From an uncultured Nitrososphaerota archaeon (GTDB lineage: Archaea; Thermoproteota; Nitrososphaeria; Nitrososphaerales; Gagatemarchaeaceae): a DNA stretch of 12,898 nt. The position numbers were made by a program, and so were the translations under genes. The DNA lies in assembly GCA_963718895.1 (NCBI GenBank), contig CAVRAG010000002.1, positions 1-12,898 on the forward strand, in the 5' to 3' direction. Positions within the stretch are counted from its first letter, which is position 1, and each line of letters begins with the position of its first letter. The notes beneath the pieces were generated by a model. It was not told the origin of the DNA, ran no database searches, and saw nothing but the letters and a program-made list of their open reading frames with translations. Positions 10,168-12,898 of the stretch are shown here, in pieces.

Positions 10168-10187
10168 GAGAACCCTTCACGGTTCTC
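10168..10187. terminator. Hairpin between the convergent GT4 and sortase stop codons
   Basis: GAGAACC-cttcac-GGTTCTC, a 7-bp stem in the 38-nt gap. Confidence 0.45.
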
Positions 10188-10197
10188 GTCGGGACGC

Positions 10198-11137
10198 TTA
10201 CCATGATGGAAACCTTGCCGGAGGTCTCAACGGCTCAGACCGGGCTGCCGCTCTGCGGGACAGGACAGGGGAGACTACGGTTGCCCAGTTTTCGGGAGAC
10301 AGGTACTTGAAGGCGAGACCCCAGAAGACCAGAACCCAGATTATGAAGAGGGTGTACCCTGCATAGACGTGCACGGTGTTTCCAATGGAGATGCCAAGGA
10401 AATCGAATGACAGGAAGACGACCAGCAGCCTCAGGATGTTGATCAGAAAGACACCGACGAAACCTATCACAAGTAGCGGAATTACCCTCGAGAGCTTCGC
10501 CTTGACGTCAATCAGAGCCATGCTCCCCCAGGAGTCCGAACGCCAGAACGCCCTGGATTCCCGTGCCATCGCTGGCTACGTCGAGAAGGAGCGGCGAGCT
10601 TGAATTGGAATTCGCCAGCGACGAGGTGGCCCGAGACGGGGTCGACGTAATCCCAAGCACGCTCATCGCCGACGCCATGACCCCGGCCATCCAATCCTGC
10701 AAGACGACGTAGTTCGGTATGTCGTTCTCGACCTGGTAACCGAGCAGGAGGACAACCCCGTAGGCCGCGGGAACCCAGAAGAGCTTGAAGGACCTGATCC
10801 CGAAGAAGGCAACCGCCAGCGCCCCGAAGATGATTACCATGTCGAGCAGTCCCAGGCGTGTAGCCGAAGCTGTCTTGTACGCGTAGACTGCCACGACCAC
10901 GCCCACCCCGAGGACAGTTTCCCAGAGCGTGCTCTTGTTTGTGAGGGCCTCGAAGCTCTCCCATTTCATTATCAGCCAGGCAAAGAAGACTATGATGAAG
11001 ATGAAGAAGTAGGTGAAGTCGATCCCGACCCGGGGGATGGCGAGGGGAAGAAGGAACGACACCAGCAGCGCCACAAGGTACGCGTTGGGGCGAGACATCC
11101 TGCGCCAGTCAATAATGGTGGTTAGTCCCAACTTCAA
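10198..11137 (-). CDS. Exosortase/archaeosortase family transpeptidase (~310 aa, multi-TM), frameshifts near 10530 and 10620-10645
   Basis: Multiple TM helices; soluble loop ending LLLDVASD[G]TGIQG (family V..xCxG position); FLINILRL with Arg at 10429-10431; NTVHVYAGY with His at 10369-10371. ORFs 10508..11137 and 10198..10569 join at FGLLG/SMALID. Confidence 0.88.
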
Positions 11138-11162
11138 CGATTCTGGTGCAATCTGTCAGGCG

Positions 11163-11178
11163 TAATTAAAAATTTCTG
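11163..11178 (-). promoter_or_regulatory. BRE/TATA-like promoter for the sortase gene
   Basis: Minus strand CAGAAATT-TTTAATTA, ending 26 nt before TTG 11137. Confidence 0.6.
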
Positions 11179-11390
11179 GTCTGTTACGGTCGGTACCCTT
11201 CTGGAAAGTCGCTCTCAGGGCCATAGGCCCGGGGGGTTTCACTCTCGGCACAATCCATATAAGCGCCTTCCCAGAACTATCAGGATGTGCTTATGCCGAC
11301 ACCCTCTAACGGGGGACGCTATGAGCCCGGGCTCCCTGAAGAGGTCCGAAATAGCCCATTTTCCGGTTGACTATCCCTCCAAATCCGACG

Positions 11391-11405
11391 TGAATTTCAA
11401 ATTCA
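11391..11405. promoter_or_regulatory. 15-bp palindrome, candidate operator
   Basis: TGAATTT-C-AAATTCA in the divergent intergenic region, about 28 nt upstream of the substrate gene's TATA box. Confidence 0.45.
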
Positions 11406-11432
11406 TGTCCATTGATTTCGGCTTCTTAGGCC

Positions 11433-11438
11433 TTATAA
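11433..11438 (+). promoter_or_regulatory. TATA box for the VPQF-tailed gene
   Basis: TTATAA about 24 nt before ATG 11462. Confidence 0.6.
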
Positions 11439-11461
11439 CCGACCCACGCTAAGGCAGAGTC

Positions 11462-12092
11462 ATGCAACTGAGGAAGCTCGACTGTACTGGCGTCCGTTGG
11501 GGCGATGTTCGCTCTGATGATGCTGCCAACCGCAATGGCAGCGACATACACTGGATCTTTGCAGTGCGTAAGTGGCTGTTCCGTAGGTAACGTAATAGCC
11601 CTGTCTGGTCCTGGAAGCACGGGGACCGCGAACTTCGAGTTCTACGCAAGCAACGCTCCTAGTGGCACGGCAATGCACTACTACGTCTGTCCCATAGGCA
11701 CCGGTTGCAGTTCAAATTCGGGCACCGACAACGGATGGAGCTGGACCTTTACTCCCGCATCAGGGACCGTGAGCACATGCCCATCGGGCACCTGTGAAGG
11801 AGCAGGGTACGGGTCACCCTCGACAATGACGCTGTCACTTACCGCCCCATCGACGGTAACTCCCACAAACGGCCAGGAGACGCTGACCATCTACGCATGC
11901 TCCCAGGTCGGTTCAGAGATGAAGTGTGGCGGCTCATACACTGAGGTTGCGTCACTCACAGTCACAGCGACTGTACCCCAGTTCGCGGTTGTCGGAACGG
12001 GCCTGGCTGTGGTGCTCGGCGCGGTAGGCCTTCTCTTCCTCAGGAAGAAGAGTCTCCCGCAGATCGCGCCCACAGTCGGTACAGCAGTGTAA
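11462..12092 (+). CDS. Secreted Cys/Ser/Thr/Gly-rich surface protein with a C-terminal tripartite sorting signal (VPQF + TM + RKK), PEF-CTERM-like
   Basis: Removing one base near 11481 extends ORF 11505..12092 to ATG 11462, giving signal peptide MQLRKLxVLASVGAMFALMMLPTAMA. C-terminus is ATVPQFAVVGTGLAVVLGAVGLLFLRKKSLPQIAPTVGTAV*, with VPQF at 11973-11984. Confidence 0.85.
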
Positions 12093-12131
12093 GTCATAAC
12101 TACACTGCTGCCATCTGTTTTTCTGATTTTT
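12082..12131 (+). terminator. Stem-loop over the stop codon followed by T tracts
   Basis: CAGCAGTGTA (12082-12091) pairs perfectly with TACACTGCTG (12101-12110), followed by TGTTTTTCTGATTTTT. Confidence 0.65.
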
Positions 12132-12480
12132 CAAGTTCGTCAGATTATTCCGATTTTAACAGTAGGTTTCGGCACTTCTTTCAGCTGACATCTCCGCGTT
12201 CTCTTGGGAGAGGATCGTGTCAATCATACCCTCTCCCGCCGTGATCGACTCGGTTGGGAAGCGGATTCTGCCAGCCTTTGAGCGATCACTTGCGCTACCC
12301 GAGGACTCTTCACTCACGAGAAGTTTCGGAACTCGAAACGGGTGTATTTCGATGGCTCACTCGCTCTCTATTCCACTCATCTGAGCGAGCTAGGAGGCCT
12401 TGGCTCGACTCAAGAAGGGACAAGCAGTCGACATGAAGGCTCCTTACGAGAGATCACAGGTGCGTGGAGCAGCTTCGTCC

Positions 12481-12898
12481 CTAGTTGAACGCATCGGCGA
12501 TTATGAGCCAGGTGTACGTAAGGGGCTGAGACACGGTTGTGAACGACACCTCTAGTTTTGTCTGGGGAGAAGAAACCAGCATGTACTCGGCGACTGTGTC
12601 CTGTGCCAGCGAGGCGTCTCTGTCCGATTGTATCAACGTGTATCCCTGGCCCGTCCCCAGTTGCGGATTGACATCAATCGCTCCCCCAATGATCAGGTCG
12701 CTCGAACAGTCGGTGGAGACGGCTGCCGATATGGTTCCCTGGGTGGTCCCGCTCACCCCGACGGGAGACGGAAGGTTCGGATCGAATGGAGAATTGGTAT
12801 TGGCTCCAGACACCGCGAAGGCGATAATCGTAAGTACGCTCGTTTGGGAGGCTAGGGTAACCGTGATGGGGTCATTGGCTAAAGGGACCGGCGCGATC
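12481..12898 (-). CDS. C-terminal part of a probable extracellular protein; domain paralogous to the N-terminal domain of the 6141 gene; 5' end outside the window
   Basis: The frame is open to the window edge: IAPVPLANDPITVTLASQTSVLTIIAFAVSGANTNSPFDPNLP...GQGYTLIQS...AQDTVAEY...WLIIADAFN*. Confidence 0.8.
   Translation of the reverse strand, partial: IAPVPLANDPITVTLASQTSVLTIIAFAVSGANTNSPFDPNLPSPVGVSGTTQGTISAAVSTDCSSDLIIGGAIDVNPQLGTGQGYTLIQSDRDASLAQDTVAEYMLVSSPQTKLEVSFTTVSQPLTYTWLIIADAFN

Noticed and set aside
400-11500. Programmed frameshifting or phase variation as the cause of the broken ORFs
   Set aside because: The shifts are numerous, go in both directions, and are not tied to consistent slippery sites or long homopolymers.
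12254-12436. 60-aa plus-strand ORF in the gap after the substrate gene
   Set aside because: TTG start, no recognisable promoter spacing or motif, and no protein-like composition.

Overview
GC-rich, archaeal-type cell-surface locus: most genes have a TATA-like box about 22-28 nt upstream of the start codon. Nearly every long gene is broken by 1-nt indels, most likely long-read error, so gene models are stitched across frames by eye. In order: 3' part of a GT4 glycosyltransferase (+); FkbM methyltransferase (-); a ~1,440-aa twin-arginine-signal protein with four beta-sandwich-like repeats, a Ser/Thr linker and a possibly glycosidase-like C-terminal half (-); a secreted two-domain protein ending in a glutamic-peptidase-like domain (+); a winged-HTH regulator overlapping a membrane protein gene (+); a second GT4 (+); an exosortase/archaeosortase-family gene (-); a divergently transcribed Cys-paired secreted protein ending in VPQF + TM helix + RKK (+); and the 3' end of a gene sharing a domain with the 6141 protein (-). 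The most notable candidate system is the head-to-head sortase and 'PQF-CTERM' substrate pair beside glycan-modifying genes. No rRNA, tRNA, CRISPR array or mobile element is supported.
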